The position numbers and the translations under genes are program-made. Shown here one piece after another: positions 26,601-39,985 of a stretch of DNA of 64,000 nucleotides. The notes beneath the pieces were generated by a model that was given only the letters and a program-made list of their open reading frames with translations, was not told the origin of the DNA and did not search any database. Source of the stretch: Trichodelitschia bisporula (Eukaryota); NCBI GenBank assembly GCA_010356995.1, contig ML996691.1, forward strand, positions 1,060,174-1,124,173. Reading direction: 5' to 3'. Each line of letters starts with the position of its first letter. Within the stretch, counting starts at the first letter, position 1.

Positions 26601-29600
26601 CTAGGTCGTCGCAAGCATCTCGGGCTCTACTCTATCACAACCCGGCCGTGTTAGCCGGATTCCATCAGGCTTCTTGTCCACAGCGCCTTCACCGCACTGA
26701 CATTCGACACACGCTCGGCCCTTTCGCTAGTGCAAACGGTGTCAAGCCCCCAAGGCCTAGGAGCCAGCACACCTGGCCACGAGGCTACCATATTGGTGGA
26801 TTTATGCGACTTTAGTCTCTTACTCCACGAGCATGGACTTTCAACTGAGTTGAGGGAAGGACGTGGAGCCGGGGCAGCCCAGAGCCGGGCAGGACGTGCC
26901 GGGGCCAGAAGTGAGGTGCACAAATGTCAACATGCATGAGGCGCCTCGCCTAGGAATGCGGCGGATGTGCTTGCTGGGGTATATATCAGGGGATCCCCGC
27001 CCATGACTCCTTGCCCCGCACTGGGGTCGACGCCGGCTGAAGATAGTAACAGTGCGGGTTGTGGATCGTCGAGAACATGATGGGTGGTCGGCTCATTGTA
27101 CGGCTATGCGTGCGTGATTCATCCGTAAAGCCAAAGGAAAAGAAAGAGGCCGGTTGAACTTCTGCGTTTCTGTCTGTTCATCTCCACGGACTTTACAGCA
27201 GGTTAAGCGCCTGGTCAGTTGTCACATCTGCAGCGTACCGGTTGGTGCGGAGTATGGGTATCTCTTGGGGTCAAGCCTGCGGGCTTTGGTTGTCAGCCTC
27301 ACTACCGCTCCTCAATGTAGCTCAGATCAGCATCGTTCGACGATCCAGCCTTCTTCGCGATCCTGTAACCTCATTCCATCAGATTTGCGACAGCGTGCGA
27401 GGTTACGCAAATCACGATCCCGGATTCTCGTATCTCGGCTCTGATACTCCGTCTTTGGGCTGATACTCCGCCTTTGAGCTTCCTGCTGCAAAACCTCCAG
27501 TGCTTACCCCGCCGCCCTCCGTCGATGTGATTTCGACTGCGTACGGTGTGGTATGATACCTCCTACAATTTCCCTACACCCGCCTGGTGGCTTTGGCGCC
27601 TTCCCACCTCGCCTCACCTCCATCACCGATTTGAAAAAGCCGCACTCTCCAACCGAACTGTCTTGGCCCCGGCCCGTTATCTTCTAAAATGGCATTGGAA
27701 ATCTCCTAGAAGCAAGCGGCTGAGCCAACGGCGCGACCTCAGGGTACACGGCATGCCGCAAAACTGATAATCACGCACCAATTCTATCTGAAATTTTCTG
27801 GCCAGAACCAGTATTTGGGAATCTCTGATCGCATCCACGTTCCTCGACAAGGACCTCGACAAGGGAGACTTGACGTCCGAGATGGTGGTGGCGACAGCAC
27901 CATCTTACCGTACACGATATTAGCGGCAAAACGATGAGCCAAACGGGGTGACAGCGTGCGCGCTGCGCCCCCACTCTTGCGCCGTTTCAAGTTTTCTTCA
28001 CCCAAGCGCAGTGGACGCACACACTCGGGCTGGTCCCAGCAACCAAGTTTAGGTTTCCTTTGAGGCCCCGTGTTCCCTTCAGTCGGATCCTGCAGACAAT
28101 GGCTCCCCTTCCTCTTTTGCGGAGCCAGACTTCCGGGATGCGATATCCAGTTGCAGCTCCATGCTAAGCACCCTTGCTATCCTGTAAGTTCATTAGAAAT
28201 ACCAGATGGGGAACTCGTGTCACAAGGCTCTTGTACGACCTTGTACCGTCTTCCGTGCCCCTCTCCCCGGCATGGCCACTGCCATTTCTCCGCACAGAAC
28301 CTCGTGGCTACCGGGTCCCCTGCCAGTTCTCCGCAGCACGTCAGAGCAAGAGACATCCGAAGGCTTCTCGTCGTCTACAAGCTGCGTTCTTCCAGCTCGC
28401 CGATTGGCTGCCAACTCACCGCGGGTGAGGCTAATGGGCGCCGCGACGAGATTTAATGATTTTATCTCAAGTCTTACCGCTTCTTTTGAGTACGGATTAT
28501 GGATGTGTCTGCTACGGGTACAGACCTCCATGCTGTCCGCATCAAGATAAGCTGCACTAGCAGATCTAATGCGCTCTTAGAGCAGGTACCTGGCGTATGA
28601 AGCTGGTGATGCGTCTCCTACTGGTTGCCTTTTGCCGGTAACCGTACTACACATATGTTTAGTGGTGCTTGGAACAGGCCTGCTCACCACCAGTGCCTTG
28701 CGACTCAAGAAGCAACAATAATTGAGGAATAGGGAGGCACTAGAAATGGGCTTCAACAGAGCCCAACGCTAGCCTACCACTAGCCTCGCGTCCCGAGTCA
28801 GCGGTCAAGATTGCTTGTTCCCGCCCTGCAGACGAATGGTTTCTTTACCGCGTACGAGCATTCTGACCGGCTGCGAATCACAGCGCTTAGATCGCGCACC
28901 GCCATTTTAACATCTTTGACTTCATGATTTTCGCCTATCGAAGCTACGACGCGAGCTTGACAGGCACATCCATACCGCCCCTTTGCCTGGAGTAGGGATG
29001 TCGTTGACGCCTGCCGTTGATTTTCTGGTCGGACCGGGCCCTCGGTTGCTGCTTATGATGGAAAGACCACCTGACGTAACACAACCCGGCACCACGTCGG
29101 GTCGATCGCGCCGCGACGACAAACAACTCCAATGTCATGAGAACATTCGGGCTCTTATCTGTTCCCGTACCACTACCAAACCAGCTGGATATGATCTCAG
29201 GTTCAGATTAAACTTCTTTCCAGGTAGATCTTGACTCCTTTGCACCTTTTCCATTTTACACGTTGCTGGAATCACATACATGGCACTCTTTTCCGTTCAG
29301 AACTGCCTCCCTAACCTACCTAATTAGATCCTAACATCTCGGAGATCCCGATGATCGATTCTCGGCTAATGCAGGTTGAGCGCCTATCATGAACATACTC
29401 CCATCTCCTATTGCGAACTCATTTCTCCTAGAAATCTCAATTCTGCATGTGCAAGATGTAGCGTTGGAGGGAGGCGCAAACGGGGTCCCTTACCACGTCA
29501 TGTTCAAACCCCGAAACCCGACGATATTCTGAGGCGAACACCCGAGACTGGTAAGGCGAAGGATCAGCCTATCAATTGCCAAACAATGATCGCCTCCGCA

Positions 29601-32600
29601 TTTTGTCAAGCCGAACCCCCCGATCCTTTCGTAGAGGCCGCCGTGCGCTCTTGCGCAATCCCTCATCCCGTCGGCAGCTAGGCCTATCACTGCCCAAGGA
29701 ACGCAAGCACCATCGGCCCGCTCGCAAGCGGGAGCGCCCAGGCGCTGCCTGCCGACGGCAACCCCGTGCTTGCATAATAATGTCTCATGCTTACTTTTGA
29801 CCGCTGCACCTGAACCCTTCACTGCAAGCTGGGTCGGCGGTCGCGGATTCCGCTCGTTGCTGGCGGTTTGCTCCCGGTTGATCTCTTCCCGTTTTCGTGC
29901 TTCCATTGCGCATATGGGGACAAACGTGCGAGGATACCCGGTTTGGGGTAAGCTCCTAGCTTCCATCTGGCTGACACACGCGCAACGACGTAACGCTTTC
30001 AGCTACGTTTTCCGTGTCTCAGACAAGCCCTCTGGGGACATGTTTTGCTACCACATCAGGATGCGGAGACACTGAATATCCGAGCACCCACTAAACTTCG
30101 TCGAACGCCGCAACCCACGTGGGCAAGCCTTCTCGAGCCGCGAATTAGCGAAAACTATATCCTAACCTGAAGGCGTTCGTGCATTCCAATAGCCGAACTG
30201 CAAGCAGTCAGAGCATTCTTGCATCCTTTCATTGCATTATCTCCTGCAGCTGGCTGCTGCCCGCCGCATATTGACTGGATATCAAGTCTTTAGAGGCATG
30301 CTGCACGCCAGGTGCTTAGAACTTGGCTTCAGCCATTTTGATGCTTTTCTCTTTTTTTTCCTTGTTCCCTTATCAAGATATCTTCAGCTCTTGTCCCCCC
30401 ATGGGAAAGGACGAAGATCAACCCCAGAAGTACGGCGTTCTCCAGATCATTGTTTGATAATGAGCATGTTATCTTCAGTCTCAGTTCCACAATCGTATCG
30501 CGGCATTGCGGCTGTGCGGCATGGTCGTCTTACCGTTGAGGTTGGTCCTCTGAGCGCAGACCGCATGTCTCAGGGCGGAGCACCACTATTACGGAGTACC
30601 TAGAGCGAAAAGGAGAGAGGATTATGAGGGTACCCGCTTTTTCTCTTGGTTCTCCACACGGCGGCAGGTCACGTTTCGGGATTGGCTCGGTATGTCCAAC
30701 TTCCAACCTCCAGCGTTTGATTCTGCGCCATCTTCAATATTTTGAACAGGAGCCCATCGTTCTTGGTCGAACACTTGCTAAACTAGTGGCTGATACCTTT
30801 ATAGTGAACCCACCCTTCCCCAACCTTTACGGATGGCACTCCCTTCAGCTCAATTCCCCACGCTGAGCCTCCAAGTTCACAAAGAAAAAGGAAGCATAAC
30901 CGCCCCTGCTCAATCAAAACCTGCATCTCGATCCTGCGTCTCGCCGGCATCTCATGAAGCCACCAGTCCTCAACACCGCACAGTTCACCGCCCGCCTCGA
31001 TCCTTCGCCTGTCGCAACCGTATTTGACAGCCGAGCCCTGCGAAGGGCTCCAACCGCGCCTAGAGCCGCCGCCTGCACGTCACTCTTGCGGATCACATGC
31101 GGAAGACGCTCGGTCGCGGTGTAAATCTCCCATTGTGCATGAGGCTGCGCCGCGCAGCAGCTCGCGCTTTGTCGACCGACACTCATGTCGGTATCGGACA
31201 GATGCGCGCCCGGTGTGATCTGCTCCCTTCATCCTGCCGCGGCGAATGCGCGCGGATGCAGACTGCATGATATTGCCCCCGCCGACCCGGGGCGCCCCGG
31301 CCTCCTGGATACCTGTCCCGCAGCCAGTGCCATGGGTTAGCGGGAGGCGGACGCACCCGATGCGCCACGGTGTGACGGTGGGCGGGTGCTTTGTGACGAT
31401 CTATTTTGAAGTGAGGCTGCTTCCACGATGCTGTCCTTGCCTCATCTTCCCCAGCCAACCATGTGTTGGGGGGAGAGTTGCCCTTCTCAGAGGAAGGTAA
31501 CGGGTTGTTCGCTTTCTTTTGGGGGGAACCGTTTTTGCGGCTCGGCTGGTCTTGCATGGCTTGGTTTATTGTCCGTCGTGGACACTTAGGGTGTTTTGGG
31601 GCAAGGCTGCCCAGCAGGACCCTGGGGCGCTGGGGGATCGCCACATGGTGATATTGACAGATTTGACGGGTGGACGTTGGGATTGGTTCCGCTTGTTTTG
31701 CGTCACTTGAGCACAGATAGCTTCACCGCGGAACGCTTTTCTGCAATCTGCATCCTGCGGAACGAAAAAGCGCTGGAAGGGGTGGCTGGCTGCGCTTGGG
31801 ATATGGGAAGGGGTTGGATGAGGAGTGTCGTGTTTTGCGTGCTGTGCTTTTGTCGCGGACTGACCGAATTTCTGCGACGCGGCTTTCGAGGAAGTTGATT
31901 GGGGAGCCGACCTCTCGAGGCTGGGATGATGCTCTTTGACGCGCAGCACAAGCGCAGGCAAATTCCTTAGCCACGAGATGGCGGTGAGGTCCAGCTGAGC
32001 TACAACAGTACTCGAGGAACAGCTTGGTGTAACCTCGGGCGTCTCCGTCATGAGGCATGAAGTCTGCCTCGAGAGAGCCGAATTAGGCCCACGACTGCAA
32101 CCCAGAGGACCATTCAGACTTCACGAACGCTAACACCGCAGGCTACGTATAGAATATGTGCATGTACAGTACCGTCTTCACGCCATGCCACGAGGACTTC
32201 GATTCCCCGCTCCGAGCTCTCCGTCAGGAATCCGAACCGCCCTCCTAATTTCCACTCCCCCGCCTTTTCTCGTACACCCATCCGCCGACATCATTACCCC
32301 ATCCCCATTCGCGTAAGAGCCAGCCTACCGTATGCCGCGATACCGCGGCTGCGTCAAACCACGCGGCAGCACCAGCAGCCACGCCGCACCACGCCCCACC
32401 TCGGATTTCGAGCTGCATAAGCGTCACCACGTGGAGGCAGCGCGGGCGTGTTACCGAAAGCGGTCGTCGCATCAGCGGCCAAATCAGTCATACGAAAGCA
32501 CAACAACTGCATGCATCAGCTTCGGCACTGAGCAAGACGACCCTCGTATACAGTCGGTCGAAGCCGGCATGCGGATAGTAGGGATAGCCAATGATGGGGT

Positions 32601-35600
32601 GCGATGAAGCTTCTGAGCCCTAGAGGCGCGGGTCTGGCCGCGTGAATGGGCTGAGCGCGGCATCAGAGGATAGGACGAAACTAGGCCTGGCTATGGTTGA
32701 TCGTGATTGATCCTTGGCGCTAATGTTGACACGCTCTTGGCGGTCATTTACGTGGTTATCAAATGCGATGGGTGATGTAGTTGATTGATCGTTATTGAGT
32801 TGTGACGTAATGGTGGAATACTAGTTGTATTATATATATAACGAGGAGATTATTGGTGCTTGGCACGGTAATAGTCCTAAATAGTCAGTTGTGGCGTTTA
32901 TTACAGTTTTGTTACTTGAGCATTAAGAGTCAACATAGGATTTTGATTGACCGTCGTCACCTACAATTTTTTTGGTGATGGATCAATAAAAGATAAATGA
33001 CCTGAAAACCCCAGGCCTAAACGAAACGGACGCCGCAGTCTCGGCTGAACGTGTGTTCCGCAGATAGGGAGTTTGTCGACGGGAATCGGGTCACGAGCTC
33101 TCTACCTCCGTAAGTTGGGCAGTGGGCACGCTGGCCAGGATGGGAGGTGGTACGGGTTAGGCGGAGATGCGAAGATGGGGAGGGGATCTGGCCGATCGTC
33201 GTTTTTTTGTCCGCGCGATAGGCGAGCAGCAGAGGGCCGTTAGGTGGGACCGATGGCGGGTTCTGGAAGCGCAGCACGGAATGGGCGATACGACTGCTTC
33301 GTGCTTCCTAGAGGGGAAGGGGCATGCGATGTAACGTCGCTCCAGCGCGGAAGGCGGCGGCAACGGGGTACGGCGATGCTTGCCTGAGCGCGGCGATTTC
33401 GAGCGGTTAGGTTAGGGAGGCGAAGAGTGGTGTGGGATGGTGGGCTCTTGCTTGTTTGACGCGCTCGTCGTGTTTTGCCTTTCGCTTCTTGCTTCGTGGG
33501 GTCTGCTTCCCGCTCCTCGTCGTCGCCGATTACCGGCTTCGGCGGTTTGTGATTAGCCATCACGCGAAGCAGGTTACGGAGAGAAGGGGAATGACACCGC
33601 CGCGCCGGAAAGAGTCGGTCTCGTCGGCTCGCACCGCGTTCATTCTCCGTGAGGTGGTACTGCGAGGGAGGGCCGTCCCGCCCGCTCTTTGGTCCGCTCA
33701 ATCACGTCGTGAGCGGGCATGCGGGGACTTGTCGCAACGATGCTTTGGCGAGTGTGGCCAGGGATGGTGGAGGACAGGGGACGTCTGTGTTGCTTTTTGG
33801 TGCCTTCCGAGGCCGCACCGAAAGAGTGGTCGGGGATGCACGGCGCGCGCTCGTCACATTTTTGCGGCAGGTGAGGGTGGTTGTGGGACGAGGGGCATTC
33901 CTGGTGATGGGCCTTTGCCGCAATGGGGCGTTCCACGTGTGACGTGATGTTGGAGGAGGGTGGGCGGTTTTTGCTGATCCTGGACTGGTGATGAGGGGAG
34001 ACATCAATGGATGAGCCAAGATGTGTCTGGGGTGATTGTTGCCCCGCTTTGCGGGAAGGACGAGGACGTTGGCGAGACCTGTTTTCTTTGGTTATCTTCA
34101 TTTCTGGTGTTGGGATGTTGGGGATGGAGCATGAATGGTGAGACGTGAGGGTTGATGCGAAGGCGTGATGGCTGTCGTGGGTGTCGACGGGTCGGCAAGT
34201 CGTCTATGCAAGGGTTAACGATCTGCACTATGGAGGGGAGAACGGCCGGGATAGGATATTTCAACGTTGGCGGGGCAGCAGTGCATATCTCCGCAGTGCG
34301 ACTAACTAAATCGCCTACCAGATGCCGTAGCGGTAACACTGCATCATCAAGCGCGTCCAACAACCTCATCTGCAACTAGTAAACTACCGATTCTACCCTC
34401 CAGACTATACCCATTCGTTGAACATCACTATCGTATCTCCAACCCCGCCCTCTACCCCACCAACCCCGAAGCTCAACCGCATCAACCCCATAAGCCCGTG
34501 TAACCGCCCACTCATGCGCATCAAAGCTGACCACTATGGTATCCGCACGACAGTTGCTGCCCGAAGCTAGCACGCATCTCGCATCGTAAATTAATTCCAG
34601 CCCAAGAGCCGAAGACGATCGTGCCGATCACCAACCCGAGCTTAATTCAACCCCGGCCATCTAGAACTAGAACTAACCCACGAACCGCCGGCCACATGTT
34701 CGCGAAGTCCAAAAAAAGACCGCCAGCAAAGCGCGCGTCTGCGCTGCGCAATGCCGTTTGCTAGCTGCTTGCCAATTGCGCGACATGATGGGCACGAATG
34801 CCGCGCTAGCGACTGTGCCGCCAGCGGCTCGCAATCTTGCTTTCTTCCCGGTTAGGCATGTTGGGCGCGAATGTGAGTCTCATCGTGAGAAGGCCCGCAG
34901 TATGTAAAACGGCGGTGCCGTGCGTGAGTTCGAAGGCCAGGCCAGACTGCGAGATTTGCTTTGGCGATCAGCGGTTGAGGGGTTTTCTGTGAGATAGCAT
35001 TGGGCCCACGATGGGGACTGGTGCCCGAGCTATCTCGGGGACGAGGGGATGTGGGCCGTGATACTGAAGTTGAAGACAGTCGCGGCGGTATGTTGCTAGG
35101 GGAGGCGGGCGATTTGACCGTGAGCTGATTCAATCTAGAACCGATCTCTCGCGGCGGCTGAAACGCTTCAGCGCAAAGCGAGATATGCGTTTCTCCAGTT
35201 TAGCCCCCGGGACGCACCTCACTGGCTCCACGGATTCCACATCGCCAACTCACCGTTGAAACCGACATCGACTCCATATTTCCCATATTTGACATACCGC
35301 AAATCAAAATCCCGCCCTACGAACCTCCGAACCATCCGCCTTAAACCCCGCAAACGCCTCCCCTCAGCCTCAGCCCTCGGCTATCCCGAACCCGTTCGAA
35401 ATGACGCCGATCAGGCTCCTTCCAATCCCCTCCTCCAGTCCAACCATTCCCCCTCCTTCTCCCCGCCGTTGCGCGCTTGTCCATCCCACAAGCCGCCCAC
35501 CCCGTCCCAAACACATCCCCGCCGTCCGTCGCCGCTTTGCTAGAGGCGGAGACGGGCGGCCCGGGAAGCGAGGGGCGGGGTCGCTGCTTGCACGGACCGG

Positions 35601-35922
35601 GGCGTCCGGGCGCGGATGTACAGGCGCGCAATGTCGGGGAGAAGGACACACGGCTCAGGACTGAAGGAGTGAAACTGGAAGCACCAACTCGAGTGCCTGA
35701 CATTGGAGCATCACGGACGAATGCGGAGCTACCACCGCACCCCACACCGGCGCAACGTCGGCGGCTTGCCATGGCCCCGGGGTCGTACACGGTGTTCGGG
35801 ACCACGCTCGCAGGCCAGGACCGTGGATACGGGATGGCGGAGGCTGACTTTACATGACTGGGAAGTCGCGTGGCGCTGGCGAATGTCAGCTGGTTTCGCT
35901 AGGGGTTGGCGAGTCAGCCTGA

Positions 35923-35976
35923 TATTGGAGGTGGGTATTGGAGGTGGGTAATTGGAAGTGGGTATTGGAAGTGGGT
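35923..35976. repeat. 13-bp tandem repeat TATTGGARGTGGG, 4 copies
   Basis: Four consecutive units, each ending in GTGGG. Confidence 0.8.
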
Positions 35977-37599
35977 GTGGTGCAGATAGCGCGCTACGGT
36001 AGGCTGGCTGGCTGGCCGTCCGCGGGGGGCCTAGTGTTGGTTGTGGGGAGATTTGAATTTTGCAGTTTGCGTGCGGGGGATAAATCTCAATATGCAGCCT
36101 GGGGGGGTGTGTATCTCGTCGCGGTTTCCGCCGATCATCGGGAGAGTGGTTAGCGATATCGAATACCGCTTCTTAAATCCCAATCCCGCAAGACCGCCTG
36201 ACTCGAAACAGTGAAAGTGAATACCGCCCTCGCCCAAGCGAAGCGAGTCCACCCTCCCCCACACCCCCCACCACACCAGCCCAACCCCCCTCCTCGGACC
36301 CGGAGTGACCTAAGAAAAGCCACCGCGCGCCGACAGCCCGTCCACCGGGCCTAACACGCTCTGCTCGGCAAGCCCCACGACTCGCCGAAGGGCCTCCGGA
36401 CCGCGCTGCGCTGCGATGCGATATCGTACGTTGCCGGGTAGGGCGCAGATGGTGACAACCCGGGTCGATTTGTGAGGTTAACGCTTGCTGTCCAAACGGC
36501 CGCTATCGCGGACGCCACAGATGGGGTTTGGTGCGAGATTGGAAACGTACGATTTATTTGTTGGAGGTGTGGAAAATGGAGGCGGGGTGCGGTTACGCTG
36601 CGATACGTGGACGCGACTCGTGCGTCGCGTGGGTTGTGGCGTTGCGTTATGGTGGTATGCGGCGGCTTATGTTTCCTGTACTAAGTTTGCACTTGAGCCG
36701 GAGGCATCCGGAAGAGATGGAAGGGTCTGAGAAGAGTGGAGCGAGGTTGCGGTGCGTGTATGGATACGACGAATGTAACACGAGGCTGAGCTATTTAGTC
36801 TGACAGTTGCATGAGATGGTCGCTGATTCTGGCGATTTGATTTGATTCGGGTTGGATGGGGAGACTTGAGCTTTGGGAGTCGGACTTTGGGCTTGATATC
36901 GCGAGACTCGGGTTATGTCTGGAGAGACTGGGGCTGGAGGATTTTGGCCAGGACAAGAGCATTAGTTCTAAGGGATGTAAAGAATCTAGTTCTACAAGAT
37001 GAATGCTGTGATAGTAATGGCATGATTGGAAATGGGGAGAAGGTCTAGGATTTATCTTCTTGCAATATGTCCTGTTTACCGCCAAATCCTATTTTGTATC
37101 ACTCCATCTTTAGCTTCTATATCCAACTCTATGGCTCGTCGTAATCCCTTCTCCAGCACCTTCCGGGAAGTCAGCTTTGTGATTTCTGTTAGAATGACCT
37201 CGGGCCGGGCGAAAGATTTATTGGATTCAGCGAACGCTGCTGCCACGAGTGGATGTCTTGTTACGACTAGAGGTAGCGTTGGAATCATGGAAGTTTCCTG
37301 GAAGTCTTGAGGATTTGGTGAGAGTTTGGTTCTGATAACGTGTTGGCTCACAGCAATGGGGATGGGAAGTATAGGGGTTGATTCTGATGACGCCATTTTC
37401 TTCAAAGCTGATGTTTGTCTTGTCTCCTTACTCCGATGGAACACCGCACGGATCGAGCGTGCTGGAGCGAGTAGTCCTGCCTCTTGATCGCAGCCCTACG
37501 GGTACTGTGACCTTGGCATAAGAAAAAGATAATGAGACAGAGAAGGGAATTGAAATGCTTGCGACTGTTCGAGAGGGAAATCTGTTGATGAAGCGAGTC

Positions 37600-37847
37600 C
37601 GAGTCGTGGGGTTCTTAACTAAGTCCGCAAGACTGTCGTTGTCTTGAATGACTGGGTGCAGCATCTTTATTATGTTACAGTTGTACATCATTTCTTGATG
37701 TCGGATGCCGTCGGCAAACTCGATGAAACGCGTCCGGAAATGCCACTATTCTGACAGTGGTTCACAGTTTTTGCGGTGATAATCGAGACAGTTAAGTATG
37801 GTTGGGAACGCTCTCAGGACAAGGCCGGCAGCTTCAACTCCCGATAT
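37600..37847 (-). pseudogene. Pseudogene fragment of a fungal protein with an '[14 protein letters not shown]'-type N-terminal helical domain
   Basis: Reads (I)[78 protein letters not shown]. The start codon is ATA instead of ATG (37847-37845), with an in-frame TAG at 37748-37746 where Trp is expected. Confidence 0.65.
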
Positions 37848-37902
37848 TGAGAAGCCGAGGACATGGAGGCGGAGTCAGGACGACACTTCGGGGTTCGAGT
37901 GG

Positions 37903-38034
37903 TGGTGCATTGCACAACCCGAATGGCATTACGAGGTACTCGTATAGCCTATAGCGTGTCAGAAATGCTGTCTTCTCTTCGCCCCCCTCTTCAATCCATA
38001 CCTCGTTGAACGCTGTTATGACATCACATCTGAA
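37903..38034 (-). mobile_element. Ty3/gypsy LTR-retrotransposon reverse-transcriptase relic
   Basis: Translates [44 protein letters not shown], matching the gypsy RT signature D...[29 protein letters not shown]. No downstream YxDD motif was found, so it is truncated. Confidence 0.88.
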
Positions 38035-38607
38035 CTGGGGAAACTAGCCGGTATCTTGTGTGAAGGATGCGCGGTGTAGCAGCGGGCACAGGCTTGAGTA
38101 GCTCATTTCGTCCATGAATGGTGATGGCCAACCGGCTCTGCGAGGCAATTACACTCGGTGCTCGGTTGAAGGGGCAAGCTGGTGTCCTACCTACAAAGGC
38201 TGGCGGCTTTTACATGTGGTCAAGCTACGGTGGAAGAAACGAAGGAAGTCCAGTAGAGCATGCATAGGACGAGTTATCTTGAATGATAGGTTTTGAGTGG
38301 TGGACAGTGCCGGGGGAAAAGAAAATGTTGATGAACGATGGCAACGGACGATGAGCGTTGAATGATAGCCGGCATGATGAGAGCTGGTGACGGATGATGG
38401 ATGAAAGACGACGGACGGATGAAGGTGATGGACGGAGGTGATGGCAATAAATAGAGAAGAACGCTGACTGTGTTAGGTGCCCAATTCCGCTCAGACGGAA
38501 GGAAGTACCGACCGTGAGAGAGACGGAAGCGACGAACCCGACAGCCGAGCTTCAGGAAGGAGACAACAGGCCATAGGCAACTGCTTCCCATTCAGAACCA
38601 TGCATCG

Positions 38608-39985
38608 CTACTTCCCCTTCGCCATATCCCGCGCATTCTCAATCTCCCATCGAAACTCCTTGAGCGCGCGCAACTCCGCCGACACGAACAGCCCCCCAAT
38701 AAGCCCATCAATCACTCCAGCCGTCAACCCCAGACCGCTCACCAGCATAAGAATGAAGCTGACGAAGTTGCGAGGACTCCACCACACAGCTGTTAAGCAT
38801 CCAATCCATACCACGAGTTGTCCGCCAAAGTGCCCCAACCGTGCCCTCCGTTGAAAGCGCTGCCGTGCAGTGTACTGCTCCGTTACATGGAGTATTCGAT
38901 CGTATGTCTCGACCGGCAGGAACTTTTCCGGCTCGTCGTCCACCACTGTAGGACCAGTTCCCTCCTGCGGCTCAATCGTGACTTCCACGCTGAAGTGATC
39001 GCTTAGTGACACACGCAGCTCCGGATGCCGCATGCGCATCCCAACTTTCGCCTTGGCAACCTGCCACTCCCCTCGTGCATCGCCTACAAACACGTAATCC
39101 AGCCTCTTTGCCCGCGGATCTGGCGTCTCGCCGTGTATCTGCCTATCCGTGCCGCTGAACAGCTTCTTCTGGTCACTCTTGTTCCACCGCCACGTGTTGA
39201 GCACAGAGTCGCAAGTCGCACCGTTCTCGGTTATGTTGTAGGCTGCCGAGGGAATGGGGAGGTCGCGCACGCGCTCGACGGCATCGAGGGCAGCGCCCAG
39301 GGAAGAGGACGGATGGAGTTCGCGCCAGGCGTCAACAGCGTGCGAGTGTGTCGTTATCAGTTGGTGGGCGAGGGAGAGTGGGACCATATTAAAGTCGCCA
39401 AGCGCGAGGACTAGGTTTCCAGCCACGCGGGCCCGGCGCATGAGTTTAGCAATTTCCCAGGCTTGAGCGGTGCGGTGGCAGAGATATGAGTCGTTGGGTT
39501 CTCTCTCATAGGGAGCATGGAGCTGCGGGTATTAGCTAAGGCGCGGCAGACTGAAGGGGACGGACATGAGTGCAAAAGACTTGGATTGTACGTCCTCTGC
39601 GGCCATCTCTGTCCTGCATCTTGATAGTTGCGCAGGCGACGCCCTTGCCTACGAACCAGTCGCCCCGGAAGAAGGCTGTTGGCCGGCCGTTCAGAGGGTA
39701 CTGCACCATGGAGCTCTCGTCGATGGGCCAGCGCGAGAGGATGGCGAGGCCGCCGCCGAACACGCCGCTAAAGTAGAATTTGCCATAGGGGAGGAAGTGC
39801 TGCGTCTGCTTTCGGATGGCGAGGTAATCTTTCTGAGTCCAGCACTCTTGCAGGCCGACAATGTCGGGTTGCGGGTCGGCATGGGCGAGTTCAGCGCCGA
39901 TTTGCGCGAGGCGTTCGGCGCGGTATTTCGCAAGATATTTGAGGCCCCAGCAATTGAGAGTGAGGACATTGAGGGGTTCGGCCAT
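38608..39985 (-). CDS. ISC1: Inositol phosphosphingolipid phospholipase C (neutral sphingomyelinase family)
   Basis: Motifs LTLNCWGLKY, DIVGLQECW, GRPTAFFRGDWFVGKGVA, THLHAPY (across intron 39565-39523), LGDFN, KRLDYVF and SDHFSV, plus two C-terminal TM helices. Confidence 0.93.

Noticed and set aside
27438..27480. About 19-bp tandem duplication (CTGATACTCCGYCTTTG)
   Set aside because: Two copies only; ordinary slippage with no further structure.
36795..37444. AT-richer minus-strand ORFs adjoining the pseudogene and RT relic
   Set aside because: Probably further relic sequence, but I could not assign any family or valid splice path.
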